In this document: one piece after another, positions 9,071 to 20,039 of the stretch
Layout: every line of letters begins with the position of its first letter
Numbering within the stretch: position 1 is the first letter of the stretch
Assembly: GCF_000014265.1 (NCBI RefSeq)
Contig: NC_008312.1
Span: forward strand, 600,001 to 632,000
Direction: 5' to 3'
Length of the DNA: 32,000 bases
Source: Trichodesmium erythraeum IMS101
Lineage (GTDB): Bacteria; Cyanobacteriota; Cyanobacteriia; Cyanobacteriales; Microcoleaceae
Translations under genes and position numbers: made by a program
The notes under the pieces: model-generated
Told to the model about the DNA's origin: nothing
What the model saw: the letters and a program-made list of their open reading frames with translations, nothing else
Database searches by the model: none

Positions 9071-9619
9071 TTAGGCAGATACTTGATCTGGGAAATATTT
9101 CTTGAGTTTTTGTAATTTTGGCGGAATTGAAAATACACAATAAGGTTGATAAGGATTCTTGTTAAAATAGTTTTGATGATATTCCTCAGCTCTATAATAA
9201 TCCTTCAAATCAACTACTTCAGTTACAATGGGATTTTCAAATGTTCCATTATTACCCAAGGTCGAAATTACTTCTTGAGCAATGTCTTTTTGTTCTTGGG
9301 AATGACACATAACAACTGAACGATACTGAGTACCAACATCATTTCCTTGTCTATTGGGTGTTGTGGGGTCGTGAGTTGCAAAAAATATTTCTAAGATTTG
9401 ACTCAGTGATATTTTCTCAGTGTCAAAGGAAACTTTGACAACCTCAGCATGACCAGTTTTTCCAGAACATATAGACCTATAGTCAGGATTTTTAGTATTT
9501 CCTCCAGCATAACCAGATTCTACTTCTTTTACTCCCACCACAGATAAAAAGACAGATTCTACGCACCAGAAGCATCCACCACCTAATACTATTGTATCTA
9601 ACATTATTGTCATCTCCAA
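9071..9619 (-). CDS. msrA: Peptide-methionine (S)-S-oxide reductase MsrA
   Basis: 182-aa ORF with the GGGCFWCVE active-site motif and SGYAGG..NPDY..ICSGKTGHAEVVKVSFD, YHQNYF. Confidence 0.9.
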   Translation of the reverse strand: MEMTIMLDTIVLGGGCFWCVESVFLSVVGVKEVESGYAGGNTKNPDYRSICSGKTGHAEVVKVSFDTEKISLSQILEIFFATHDPTTPNRQGNDVGTQYRSVVMCHSQEQKDIAQEVISTLGNNGTFENPIVTEVVDLKDYYRAEEYHQNYFNKNPYQPYCVFSIPPKLQKLKKYFPDQVSA

Positions 9620-9720
9620 ACTTTGGTATTAAACTCTATTCAATATTCATTGTAAACTGATTACAGAGCAATAGGTTTTAGATCAAGATAGTTATCAGCC
9701 TTTGTTGAAAAAATTGTTAG

Positions 9721-11096
9721 TGGGACTTACACAACTTCATGAGTTAAATTAGGCTATAATGTTTGTTAAATAAGAGTTTTACCTCAAAGCTTTCTGAAGA
9801 TAAGACAAACAACCCCTAATGATATGCCTCCTTACTTTTAAAGGAGGTGCCAACAGTTTGATAATTGTTAGAAAAATCCACCTCAAAAAATAGGATTCCG
9901 CCATTATCTAGGTGAATGACTAGGAGAGAATTAAAGGAAAAATATATGGCAAATGGCCAATAACTCTATTGGAGTAGTTTATAATTGGCTAAATCATTTC
10001 ACTCCATATTCTCCTTGGGAGAGTACTCAAATAAATCAACCTCTCCTAAAAAGAATGAATAAACCTTCTCAAACTAAATTCAAGAAAGGATTTAGCCTAA
10101 TTTTAGACGATTCTGGACACTGAAAAAGTGGTAATTTTACACCTGGAGTAGGGCGACAATACATTGGAGAAATGAGTAAAAAAGATAATGGGATGGCAAC
10201 CGTAACAACCCATTATGGCTGATGACAAAAAAAGTTTCCTTAATAACATTAAATTAGATCAACATTCAAGCTTTTTACCACAGGTCAAAGATAACAAATT
10301 ATTTCAGAAAAAGCAGGATTAAGGAATAGTATAAATAGACTCTACTTTGACCAGAGCTTATTGTTTAGTAATAGTCTTAATTGATTCTGCCTTTAGCAAT
10401 AATACAAGATTTTTGAAAAAACTCAAAGACTGGGAATTAAAATATGCGCGGAGGTATGGTCAAAAATCGAAAAATAGTAGTTAAACAAAAATCATCTCAA
10501 GAAATAGAAACTAGAAGAGATGAATGATGAATTAGGTAAAACCATACCAAAATAGGACTTTGAGCGAGTGATATTAAGTGTAGAAAAACTAAAAAAAGTT
10601 TGGTTTAGCACATTTAAAGGTTCAGTTTCACCCCTTCAAGGAGAAAGAACTTTCCCTATCGCTATGAATGCTAGTTCTATAGAAAAGGCAACATAAATTG
10701 ATTATTTTATTACCAATGTTGACAGGTCAAAAATGACATCTGAATGGATAGTAAATACCTACTTAAACAGAAACTGGATAGAGGTTTTTTACTGAGAGAC
10801 GCTTATGATAGTTGGGATTAAAAGAATATCAAGTAAGAGATAAATAGATACAAGATAGCGATTTTATCTTAGTATGCAAGTGCTTATACTTTTATCACTT
10901 AGCATAAGCTAACTGGAGAAAGACAAAGGCAATAGGGGAATAAATCTTTGAAAACATTTACTGATGCTGATAAAGCTTTTTGTACAGCTATGTATGCACC
11001 GTTTTTTTTGATTGGTTGAATAATAATACTATTGGTTTTTGCCTCTCACAGAAAAAGTTTGGGCTATATTTTGGTTTAAAAGTTGTATAAGTTCCA
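9721..11096 (+). mobile_element. IS4/IS701-like insertion sequence relic (1376 bp) whose DDE transposase gene is riddled with stops and frameshifts
   Basis: Terminal inverted repeats are tgggacttacacaac (9721-9735) and the reverse complement of gttgtataagttcca (11082-11096). Flanking tetranucleotides are TTAG and CTAG. Translated fragments: DDSGH*KSGNFTPGVGRQYIGEMSKKDNGMATV (~10106) and YFITNVDRSKMTSEWIVNTYLNRNWIEVFY*E (~10700). Confidence 0.7.
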
Positions 11097-11559
11097 CTAG
11101 GTTCAAAAAGTGCTTCCCACTAGCTGTGACCTACCTAACTTAACTAGTGTTTGAAGTTCTCTATCATATATTGTTGGTATGCCTAATGGGCATGTTTCTT
11201 TTCGTCTTGGTTTTGCTATCGGTGACTTTGCAGGTAGGGCTTGCTTTCATAAAATGCGATTTTAGAAGATATACCAAGTTAAATCTTGGCATGAGGGGCA
11301 AATTCTTAATGCCATCAATTCCAGCAGTTTTCTTACCTTGGTTGTCTTGGGTCACACCTCTAATAGCTAGAAATCTTGCATAATAACTCTTGCTCAGAAG
11401 TTTTTGGTAATTATGCACGCTGGGGATATCGCCACGGCTGGATCCTATGTAAATTAACTTTTGCAACTTAAATACATATTTTTCTACCCTCTTCCAGTTA
11501 ATGTCTCTCCATTTAATGTTTGGGTTGACACTGGCTTGACTGGATATATCATAAGTATC
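11097..11559 (-). pseudogene. Group II intron reverse transcriptase/maturase, N-terminal fragment with an internal stop
   Basis: NIKWRDINWKRVEKYVFKLQKLIYIGSSRGDIPSVHNYQKLLSKSYYARFLAIRGVTQDNQGKKTAGIDGIKNL...RNMPIRHTNNI*YDRELQTLVKL matches the conserved N-terminus of cyanobacterial intron RTs (..VTQDNQGKKTAG.DG..). Confidence 0.7.
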
Positions 11560-12204
11560 TCATACTACACTTAGAAAGAGTTTTGTGTTATTCAATTTTA
11601 TTTTAAGTTTTTAGCTTTATTAATTCCTAATAGTTACCATTAATTGCGTCTAATACTGATTACCTCAGCATTACTGCTTTTTAGCCAATCCTACTCCTTC
11701 TAAAACCTACAACCATTGTTTAGATTGATCAACAATTGCGCACTTTTGTTCTCGATCAATATATTTAGGTGTCGAGGGAGGCGTTTCCTCGTTCCTTTAT
11801 TCTTTTATTGCGACTGGTGGGCGTGGGGTAAATTCTCCGAGAGGGTTCGGTATGAATCTCTAGCACATAAGATTATTCATTGACCCTTTTCGCCCTACAC
11901 TCCATAGCTACCTTTGGAATATTTCCACATGACAGAAGTTTGATTACCTTTCTGTTTATCAACTTGTCAGTCTCTGCTATCATTATCGTTTCTGATAACT
12001 GTTACTGTCCTGTATTTAGAACAGCTTTGGGGGTTAATATTCAGTTTCTACCCCGTGGCCTACGCTGTCAACCTGACAACAAGGCGATAGGAATTGCAGT
12101 TATAAGGTAATAAGGGTTATTCTCCAGTTGAGGTTGTCCTCATGTGTTGATTTGGAACAGTCATTTATATCCTAATTAAAGGCTTAGTGGCCAGCGAGTC
12201 ACAC
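11097..12204 (-). mobile_element. Group II intron relic: 5' end, ~640 nt of ribozyme domains and the N-terminal part of the RT/maturase ORF; 3' part (rest of RT, domains V-VI) missing
   Basis: The minus strand from 12204 reads GTGTGACTCGCTGGCC. An RT frame follows. Homology stops exactly at the IS boundary (11096). No domain V-like sequence was found anywhere in the window. Confidence 0.7.
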
Positions 12205-12335
12205 GAGATCAAGTCAATAAGCAAAGTTTTTAGATTTACTTTAGATAAATTAGCAATGGTAATTGATTTTAAATTCACTACACATATAATCCTTCTAACA
12301 ATTTACAGAAATTGAATAAAATGCCAATTTTTTAG

Positions 12336-12392
12336 CTAAACATTTAACCTTGCAAGTTTTAGTAACCTGCAAGGTTAAATGTTTAGTTTTTT
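12336..12392. terminator. Near-perfect 20-bp-stem hairpin ~100 nt downstream of the collagen-like gene stop; the T6 tract is on the plus-strand side only
   Basis: ctaaacatttaaccttgcaag (12336-12356), loop ttttagtaac, ctgcaaggttaaatgtttag (12367-12386), then tttttt (12387-12392). On the minus strand (gene sense) an A-rich stretch follows the hairpin instead. Confidence 0.4.
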
Positions 12393-12481
12393 GTGATCAG
12401 TAATAGATTTAAATTACTTATCAGATTTTAGCTATTGAATTTCGTGTCATACCAGTTTTACCTTCCCAGTAAGGTTAAGAA

Positions 12482-15400
12482 TTAAGCTGGTACAACAATG
12501 TTGTTATTTAAATTCTGACCCAAAGGAGTATTTCCTCCAGCTATTCCTGGAAAATCGTCCGCGTTTATGAATTGACCGCTACCGCTAGGGAATTCAACAA
12601 AAAGTTGACCTGTAACCGAATCTTCTATTTGATTCAACTGACGACCTACTGGACTAATTCCAACTAAATTAGGCAGTACGAAGTTGTTAACTCCATCTCC
12701 TCCATACTGATTACCCACGATATTAAACAACTCATTATTACCAGTAATTGGCAATACTTGACCTTCAAGAGAGAAGAAACCAGGTGGCACAGATAGGCCA
12801 GGCCACAAAACTATTTCTCCAGTTATAAAGTCTGTGGGAGAGTTGTCTCCAGCAATTATATACCCGATAGGCAATGTTGGGATTCCAGGACCGATAGGAC
12901 CAGTTGGACCTACAGGACCAGCTGGACCTACGGGACCAGTTGGACCTACAGGACCAGTGGCACCAATAGGACCAGCCGGACCTACAGGACCTACAGGACC
13001 AGTAAAACCAGGAGCACCATCAGCTCCAGCCGGACCTACAGGACCAGTGGCACCAATAGGACCAGCCGGACCTACAGGACCTACAGGACCAGTAAAACCA
13101 GGAGCACCATCAGCTCCAGCCGGACCTACAGGACCTACAGGACCAGGGGCACCACTTGGGCCTATAGGACCTACAGGACCTATTGGACCAGCGGGACCAG
13201 GAGCTCCAGCAGGACCTACAGGACCTATTGGACCAGCGGGACCAGGAGCTCCAGCAGGACCAGCAAGACCAGGAACACCATCAGCTCCAGCCGGACCCAC
13301 AGGACCTATTGGACCTACAGGACCAGGAGCTCCAGTTGGACCTACAGGACCTACAGGACCTACAGGACCAGGGGCACCACTTGGACCTATAGGACCAATG
13401 GGACCAGTAAGACCAGGAACACCATCAGCTCCAGCAGGACCTACAGGACCTATTGGACCAGCGGGACCAGGAGCTCCAGCAGGACCAGCAAGACCAGGAA
13501 CACCATCAGCTCCAGCCGGACCCACAGGACCTATTGGACCTACAGGACCAGGGGCACCACTTGGACCTATAGGACCAATGGGACCAGGAGCTCCAGTTGG
13601 ACCTACAGGACCTACAGGACCTACAGGACCAGCAAGACCAGGAATACCATCAGCTCCAGCCGGACCCACAGGACCTATGGGACCTACAGGACCAGGGGCA
13701 CCACTTGGACCTATAGGACCAATGGGACCAGGAGCTCCAGTTGGACCTACAGGACCTATTGGACCAGCAGGACCAGCAAGACCAGGAACACCATCAGCTC
13801 CAGCCGGACCTACAGGACCTATTGGACCTACAGGACCAGCAGGACCAGCAAGACCAGGAACACCATCAGCTCCAGCAGAACCTACAGGACCTACAGGACC
13901 TACAGGACCTATTGGACCTACAGGACCAGCAAGACCAGGAACACCATCAGCTCCAGCCGGACCCACAGGACCTATCGGACCTACAGGACCAGCGGGACCA
14001 GGAGCTCCAGCAGGACCAGCAAGACCAGGAACACCATCAGCTCCAGCGGGACCTACAGGACCTATTGGACCAGCTGGACCAGGAGCTCCAGCAGGACCTA
14101 CAGGACCTACAGGACCAGCAAGACCAGGAACACCATCAGCTCCAGCCGGACCCACAGGACCTATTGGACCAGCTGGACCAGGGGCTCCACTTGGACCTAT
14201 AGGACCAATGGGACCAGTAAGACCAGGAACACCATCAGCTCCAGCCGGACCCACAGGACCTATTGGACCAGCCGGACCAGGGGCTCCAGTTAGACCTATA
14301 GGACCTACAGGACCTACAGGACCCACAGGACCAGGAGCACCAGTTGGACCTACAGGACCTACAGGACCAGCAAGACCAGGAACACCATCAGCTCCAGCCG
14401 GACCCACAGGACCTATTGGACCTACAGGACCAGCGGGACCAGGGGCACCACTTGGACCTATAGGACCAATGGGACCAGTAAGACCAGGAACACCATCAGC
14501 TCCAGCTGGACCTACAGGACCTATTGGACCAGCCGGACCAGCGGGACCAGGAGCTCCAGTAGGACCTACAGGACCTACAGGACCTACAGGACCTACAGGA
14601 CCTACAGGACCAGCAAGACCAGGAACACCATCAGCTCCAGCCGGACCCACAGGACCTATTGGACCTACAGGACCAGGGGCACCACTTGGACCTATAGGAC
14701 CAATGGGACCAGTAAGACCAGGAACACCATCAGCTCCAGCCGGACCTACAGGACCTATTGGACCAGCCGGACCAGCGGGACCAGGAGCTCCAGTAGGACC
14801 TACAGGACCTACAGGACCTACAGGACCAGCAAGACCAGGAACACCATCAGCTCCAGCTGGACCTACAGGACCTATTGGACCAGCCGGACCAGGGGCTCCA
14901 GTTAGACCTATAGGACCTACAGGACCTACAGGACCCACAGGACCAGGAGCACCAGTTGGACCTACAGGACCTACAGGACCAGCAAGACCAGGAACACCAT
15001 CAGCTCCAGCCGGACCCACAGGACCTATTGGACCTACAGGACCAGCGGGACCAGGGGCACCACTTGGACCTATAGGACCAATGGGACCAGTAAGACCAGG
15101 AACACCATCAGCTCCAGCTGGACCTACAGGACCTATTGGACCAGCCGGACCAGCGGGACCAGGAGCTCCAGTAGGACCTACAGGACCTACAGGACCTACA
15201 GGACCTACAGGACCAGCAAGACCAGGAACACCATCAGCTCCAGCCGGACCCACAGGACCTATTGGACCTACAGGACCAGGGGCACCACTTGGACCTATAG
15301 GACCAATGGGACCAGTAAGACCAGGAACACCATCAGCTCCAGCCGGACCTACAGGACCTATTGGACCAGCCGGACCAGCGGGACCAGGAGCTCCAGTAGG

Positions 15401-18091
15401 ACCTACAGGACCTACAGGACCTACAGGACCAGCAAGACCAGGAACACCATCAGCTCCAGCTGGACCTACAGGGCCTATTGGACCAGCCGGACCAGGGGCT
15501 CCAGTTAGACCTATAGGACCTACAGGACCTACAGGACCCACAGGACCAGGAGCACCAGTTGGACCTACAGGACCTACAGGACCTACAGGACCAGGGGCAC
15601 CACTTGGACCTATAGGACCAATGGGACCAGTAAGACCAGGAACACCATCAGCTCCAGCCGGACCTACAGGACCTATTGGACCAGCGGGACCAGGAGCTCC
15701 AGCAGGACCAGCAAGACCAGGAACACCATCAGCTCCAGCCGAACCTACAGGACCTATTGGACCTACAGGACCAGGGGCACCACTTGGACCTATAGGACCA
15801 ATGGGACCAGTAAGACCAGGAACACCATCAGATCCAGCCGGACCCACAGGACCTATTGGACCAGCGGGACCAGCGGGACCTACAGGACCTATTGGACCAG
15901 CGGGACCAGCGGGACCACCAGCGGGACCAGCGGGACCTACAGGACCTATTGGACCAGCGGGACCAGGAGCTCCAGTTGGACCCACAGGACCTATTGGACC
16001 AGCCGGACCAGGGGCTCCACTTGGACCTACAGGACCTACAGGACCAGCAAGACCAGGAACACCATCAGTTCCAGCCGGACCCACAGGACCTATTGGACCA
16101 GCGGGACCAGGAGCTCCAGCAGGACCAGCAAGACCAGGAACACCATCAGCTCCAGCCGGACCCACAGGACCTATTGGACCTACAGGACCAGGAGCTCCAG
16201 TTGGACCTACAGGACCTACAGGACCAGCAAGACCAGGAACACCATCAGCTCCAGCTGGACCTACAGGACCTATTGGACCTACAGGACCAGCGGGACCAGA
16301 AGCTCCAGCAGGACCAGCAAGACCAGGAACACCATCAGCTCCAGCCGGACCTACAGGACCTATTGGACCAGCCGGACCAGGGGCACCACTTGGACCTATA
16401 GGACCAATAGGACCAGTAAGACCAGGAACACCATCAGCTCCAGCCGAACCCACAGGACCTATTGGACCAGCGGGACCAGCGGGACCAGGAGCTCCAGTTG
16501 GACCTACAGGACCTACAGGACCAGCGGGACCAGGAGCTCCAGCAGGACCAGCAAGACCAGGAACACCATCAGCTCCAGCCGGACCCACAGGACCTATTGG
16601 ACCTACAGGACCAGCGGGACCAGGAGCTCCAGTTGGACCTACAGGACCTACAGGACCAGCAAGACCAGGAACACCATCAGCTCCAGCTGGACCTACAGGA
16701 CCTATTGGACCTACAGGACCAGCGGGACCAGGAGCTCCAGTTGGACCTACAGGACCTACAGGACCTATAGGACCTACAGGACCAGCAAGACCAGGAACAC
16801 CATCAGCTCCAGCCGGACCTACAGGACCTACAGGACCTACAGGACCAGCAAGGCCAGGAACACCATCAGCTCCAGCCGGACCCACAGGACCTATTGGACC
16901 AGCCGGACCAGGGGCACCACTTGGACCTATAGGACCAATGGGACCAGTAAGACCAGGAACACCATCAGCTCCAGCCGGACCCACAGGACCTATTGGACCA
17001 GCCGGACCAGGGGCTCCAGTTAGACCTATAGGACCTACAGGACCTACAGGACCTACAGGACCTACAGGACCTACAGGACCTACAGGACCAGCAAGACCAG
17101 GAACACCATCAGCTCCAGCTGGACCTACAGGACCTATTGGACCAGCGGGACCAGGGGCTCCACTTGGACCTATAGGACCAATGGGACCAGTAAGACCAGG
17201 AACACCATCAGCTCCAGCCGGACCTACAGGACCTATTGGACCAGCTGGACCAGCAAGACCAGCGGGACCAGGAGCTCCAGTTGGACCTACAGGACCTACA
17301 GGACCTACAGGACCAGCAAGACCAGGAACACCATCAGCTCCAGCCGGACCTACAGGACCTACAGGACCTACAGGACCAGCGGGACCAGGAGCTCCAGTTG
17401 GACCTACAGGACCTACAGGACCTACAGGACCAGCAAGACCAGGAACACCATCAGCTCCAGCCGGACCTACAGGACCTATTGGACCTACAGGACCAGGGGC
17501 ACCACTTGGACCTATAGGACCAATGGGACCAGTAAGACCAGGAACACCATCAGCTCCAGCCGGACCTACAGGACCTATTGGACCAGCTGGACCAGCAAGA
17601 CCAGGAACACCATCAGCTCCAGCTGGACCTACAGGACCAGCGGGACCAGGAGCTCCAGTTGGACCTACAGGACCTACAGGACCAGGGGCACCACTTGGAC
17701 CAATAGGACCAATAGGACCAGTGAGACCAGGAACACCATCAGCTCCAGCTGGACCTACAGGACCAGCAAGACCAGGAACACCATCAGCTCCAGCCGGACC
17801 CACAGGACCTATTGGACCTACAGGACCCACAGGACCAGGGGCACCACTTGGACCGATAGGACCCACAGGACCAGGGGCACCACTTGGACCTGCAGGACCA
17901 ACAGGACCAGGTGAACCTGGTATTATTGGAATTGGGACTTCTATAAATAGAGAGGGATCAGCAATTGGGGGCCCATTAACTAACTCAAAACCTGGTACAG
18001 TTATTGATTCTCCAGGTACAAGAGTGTTAATAGGAGTGCTTTGGAAAGAAGAAGTATCTGGAAAAACAATTTGATCTAAAAAATCTTCCAT
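12482..18091 (-). CDS. Giant collagen-like (Gly-X-Y) protein with a short non-repeat N-terminus and a ~134-aa C-terminal phage tail-collar-like domain
   Basis: The ORF track gives 1873 aa from a TTG at 18103. The first ATG is at 18091 (MEDFLDQ..). Gly occurs at every third residue for ~1675 residues. The C-terminus [54 protein letters not shown] matches the tail-collar consensus (GEI..F.G...P.GW..CDGQ.L.I..N.ALF.L.G..YGGDG...F.LPDLRG) as I recall it. Confidence 0.9.
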   Translation of the reverse strand: MEDFLDQIVFPDTSSFQSTPINTLVPGESITVPGFELVNGPPIADPSLFIEVPIPIIPGSPGPVGPAGPSGAPGPVGPIGPSGAPGPVGPVGPIGPVGPAGADGVPGLAGPVGPAGADGVPGLTGPIGPIGPSGAPGPVGPVGPTGAPGPAGPVGPAGADGVPGLAGPAGPIGPVGPAGADGVPGLTGPIGPIGPSGAPGPVGPIGPVGPAGADGVPGLAGPVGPVGPVGPTGAPGPAGPVGPVGPVGPAGADGVPGLAGPVGPVGPVGPTGAPGPAGLAGPAGPIGPVGPAGADGVPGLTGPIGPIGPSGAPGPAGPIGPVGPAGADGVPGLAGPVGPVGPVGPVGPVGPVGPIGLTGAPGPAGPIGPVGPAGADGVPGLTGPIGPIGPSGAPGPAGPIGPVGPAGADGVPGLAGPVGPVGPVGPAGADGVPGLAGPVGPIGPVGPVGPTGAPGPAGPVGPIGPVGPAGADGVPGLAGPVGPVGPTGAPGPAGPVGPIGPVGPAGADGVPGLAGPAGAPGPAGPVGPVGPTGAPGPAGPAGPIGPVGSAGADGVPGLTGPIGPIGPSGAPGPAGPIGPVGPAGADGVPGLAGPAGASGPAGPVGPIGPVGPAGADGVPGLAGPVGPVGPTGAPGPVGPIGPVGPAGADGVPGLAGPAGAPGPAGPIGPVGPAGTDGVPGLAGPVGPVGPSGAPGPAGPIGPVGPTGAPGPAGPIGPVGPAGPAGGPAGPAGPIGPVGPAGPAGPIGPVGPAGSDGVPGLTGPIGPIGPSGAPGPVGPIGPVGSAGADGVPGLAGPAGAPGPAGPIGPVGPAGADGVPGLTGPIGPIGPSGAPGPVGPVGPVGPTGAPGPVGPVGPVGPIGLTGAPGPAGPIGPVGPAGADGVPGLAGPVGPVGPVGPTGAPGPAGPAGPIGPVGPAGADGVPGLTGPIGPIGPSGAPGPVGPIGPVGPAGADGVPGLAGPVGPVGPVGPVGPTGAPGPAGPAGPIGPVGPAGADGVPGLTGPIGPIGPSGAPGPAGPVGPIGPVGPAGADGVPGLAGPVGPVGPTGAPGPVGPVGPVGPIGLTGAPGPAGPIGPVGPAGADGVPGLAGPVGPVGPVGPTGAPGPAGPAGPIGPVGPAGADGVPGLTGPIGPIGPSGAPGPVGPIGPVGPAGADGVPGLAGPVGPVGPVGPVGPVGPTGAPGPAGPAGPIGPVGPAGADGVPGLTGPIGPIGPSGAPGPAGPVGPIGPVGPAGADGVPGLAGPVGPVGPTGAPGPVGPVGPVGPIGLTGAPGPAGPIGPVGPAGADGVPGLTGPIGPIGPSGAPGPAGPIGPVGPAGADGVPGLAGPVGPVGPAGAPGPAGPIGPVGPAGADGVPGLAGPAGAPGPAGPVGPIGPVGPAGADGVPGLAGPVGPIGPVGPVGPVGSAGADGVPGLAGPAGPVGPIGPVGPAGADGVPGLAGPAGPIGPVGPTGAPGPIGPIGPSGAPGPVGPIGPVGPAGADGIPGLAGPVGPVGPVGPTGAPGPIGPIGPSGAPGPVGPIGPVGPAGADGVPGLAGPAGAPGPAGPIGPVGPAGADGVPGLTGPIGPIGPSGAPGPVGPVGPVGPTGAPGPVGPIGPVGPAGADGVPGLAGPAGAPGPAGPIGPVGPAGAPGPAGPIGPVGPIGPSGAPGPVGPVGPAGADGAPGFTGPVGPVGPAGPIGATGPVGPAGADGAPGFTGPVGPVGPAGPIGATGPVGPTGPVGPAGPVGPTGPIGPGIPTLPIGYIIAGDNSPTDFITGEIVLWPGLSVPPGFFSLEGQVLPITGNNELFNIVGNQYGGDGVNNFVLPNLVGISPVGRQLNQIEDSVTGQLFVEFPSGSGQFINADDFPGIAGGNTPLGQNLNNNIVVPA
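12887..17917 (-). repeat. ~5-kb 9-bp-periodic Gly-Pro-X / Gly-X-Pro coding repeat; markedly GC-richer than the flanks
   Basis: The plus strand is essentially (ggacc[a/t]nnn)n. The motif [11 protein letters not shown](A/T)GP recurs every ~14-20 triplets. Confidence 0.95.
14280..15494 (-). repeat. Two near-identical higher-order tandem units (612 bp and 603 bp) within the collagen repeat, followed by a partial third copy
   Basis: ggggctccagttagacctataggacc starts at 14280, 14892 and 15495, and again near 17001. By eye, copies 1 and 2 differ by one 9-bp ggacctaca unit and very few substitutions. Confidence 0.85.
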
Positions 18092-18121
18092 TTCTTTTCT
18101 CAAAAAAGTAATTTTTACAAG

Positions 18122-18150
18122 ATTATAAGTGAGAACTTCAGTTTTGAGAA
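18122..18150 (-). promoter_or_regulatory. Candidate sigma70-type promoter of the collagen-like gene
   Basis: The gene-sense strand reads TTCTCA (18150-18145), a 17-nt spacer, then TATAAT (18127-18122). The -10 hexamer ends ~30 nt upstream of the ATG at 18091. Confidence 0.3.
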
Positions 18151-19133
18151 TAAAAATTTTGTGATCTATCTATTCAAGTACTATGCAAATCTAATGAGTT
18201 ACAACAAATTTTAGTGGCCCAATACTTTTTATCTGTACACCTAAATTTTTTTTGTTAAGTAAAACCTTTAAATTATTCCAACTTAACTGAAATTAAAATA
18301 GATGCTCTATCTAGAAACTCAAAAACTAATTATGCTTTACAACCAACTTTATATAGCAGTATCCTGAATATAAAAACATCAGCTTTCATTCCATATTCTT
18401 ATTATTCTTACTCCTAATAGTTTATTTACTATTTACATCAACCCCATTCAATACTCTTAACTTTTCTTGATATAAAAAAATTCAAAATACAAAACTGAAA
18501 GGTATAAAAAAATAACCGTAAAAAAAATATTTAACTAGTAAATTAGATAATAAAAATTATTACAGAGACGTTCAACTTTTTATAAAGTTCCCTAGTTAGG
18601 AAATAAAAAGATTTAATTGAAAATTTGATTTTGAACTTGAAACCCTGAATTTACACTAATGATCAAGAAATAAGCTCTCAAGTTAATCGTTGAATGTGCT
18701 ACAGTTTTTTGCGCTATCAGGGAGGGGACTAAAATAAAATTATGGTTTCCCGGCCTCTGACTTGACTGGCCAGTACTGAGATGCCACTACTTGCTCAGGT
18801 ATTTACAATTTTCAACTCAAAGTATAGTCTATAAAAAAAGATGTACAGAAAATAATATGTCAATATGCCAGAGCGCATTACTTTAACTGAAATGACTCAC
18901 TCATTGGACATTACTACCTTGGCACCTTTTTGGTTAATCACCAACTTCAGTAACCAACAACAAGCTTTTGAGAATCTACCCCTTTTTTTCCTATATTTGT
19001 GTCTGTATCCGTCCACTTACACATCAACTACTTAATGAACTTAGCCTAAATTTTATTAAGTCCGAATCCTGAAATTACTTCCTTGAGAAGACCATATACA
19101 TATTGAAAACTACCCTGTTGAAAACTACTTTAT

Positions 19134-19440
19134 ATGAATGAAGAAAAAAAATTAGCAGGTTCTATCACACCTCAATGACTAGAAGAACTAAAAACAGAAC
19201 AAGTTAAAAAGTTACAAAATAGACAGGTAATAGTTTTAGAGGTAAGGCGGAACCAGGAAAAGGCTCTAGAGTATTCTCTTTAGGGACTAATACCTATCTC
19301 AACACTCACTTTCAGATAGATGAACAGATAAACAGAAATTTATTAACCATGACACAGCGTCTGACCCTGAAATAGATAAATAGCTATGGTAAGTTATTGC
19401 ACTAGTTTTTCATTTGTTCCTTGGACTAGCTTTACTGATG
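19134..19440 (+). pseudogene. Rhodanese-like single-domain gene relic with several in-frame stops
   Basis: MNEEKKLAGSITPQ*LEELKTEQ..RQVIVLEVRRNQEKALEYSL*GLIPISTL.. resembles the rhodanese pattern I.P.EL....LIDVRE..E...G.I.GA.LIPL. A later MVSYCTS resembles the active-site loop region. Confidence 0.35.
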
Positions 19441-20039
19441 AACTTACCATTTGACTAATAAATAAAGTTAATAGCTTAACATTTAAAGGGGAGAAAAAAG
19501 GAAATTTTGTATTTTCTGGCCTCTGACTTCAGTTGTAGATCATGCTTTCCATAAAGGAGACAAAAAATAAAGCTACGACCCTAGAGGCTAACCAATAAAT
19601 TAAAAGACATTTCCTTGTCATGTTACTATACATGGCCCAAAAATTGAAATGTCGATTGGATAAGATGTTGCTACATTAAGTTTTTTTGTCGGTGATAGCA
19701 AAACTTTTAGTGGAGTGACACGTCTAAAAATATAGGCCATTGTCAAGTAAGTGTGATTCGTGATTGCAAACAAACTCCTATATAAGTCAGGCAAGTCTTC
19801 AACTGAGGATAACTAAGCATAGTTATACAGGTTAAATTTCTATATTAAAGGATGCAGAGTAACTTTCATCGCTTAGGTTTAGTCTGAAGGTCCATGGGCT
19901 ATTAGTTCCCAGCTCTTAATGTCTAACCTTTGATACGCAACAAGCCCTTGATTTAACCGGAGAGTATCAAGATAAGTTTAATAAAATGTCAAAAAATATA
20001 GGCAAATATCTTCAGATAATTTAATAATATGTACATGAT

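Noticed and set aside
11147-12110. Plus-strand ORFs 11147-11383 and 11880-12110
   Set aside because: Both are antisense to the group II intron relic (RT fragment and ribozyme domains). They are hydrophobic nonsense translations without homology.
13183-17517. Q/D/L/H-rich plus-strand ORFs in the third frame of the collagen repeat (13183-13392, 13741-14202, 15856-16401, 16462-16770, 17236-17517)
   Set aside because: They are by-products of the stop-poor (ggaccn)n repeat. Their composition is simply the frame-shifted reading of Gly-Pro codons. They are fragmented and carry no independent signals.
18092-18103. Track start codons at TTG: 18103 for the collagen gene and 27107 for the pentapeptide protein
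   Set aside because: In both cases an in-frame ATG lies 4-10 codons downstream (18091; 27137). The ATG gives a more conventional start (MEDFLDQ..) and, for the second gene, a canonical signal peptide (MKLLILAII..). The longer versions cannot be excluded without N-terminal data.
18718-19529. Direct repeat of ~45 nt sharing the exact 12-mer ggcctctgactt (18752-18763 and 19518-19529), 766 bp apart, bracketing the small ORF-like stretch and the rhodanese relic
   Set aside because: Exact 12-mer coincidences are expected by chance in 32 kb on both strands. The flanking similarity is only ~55% in purine/AT-rich sequence. There are no associated element ends or target duplications.
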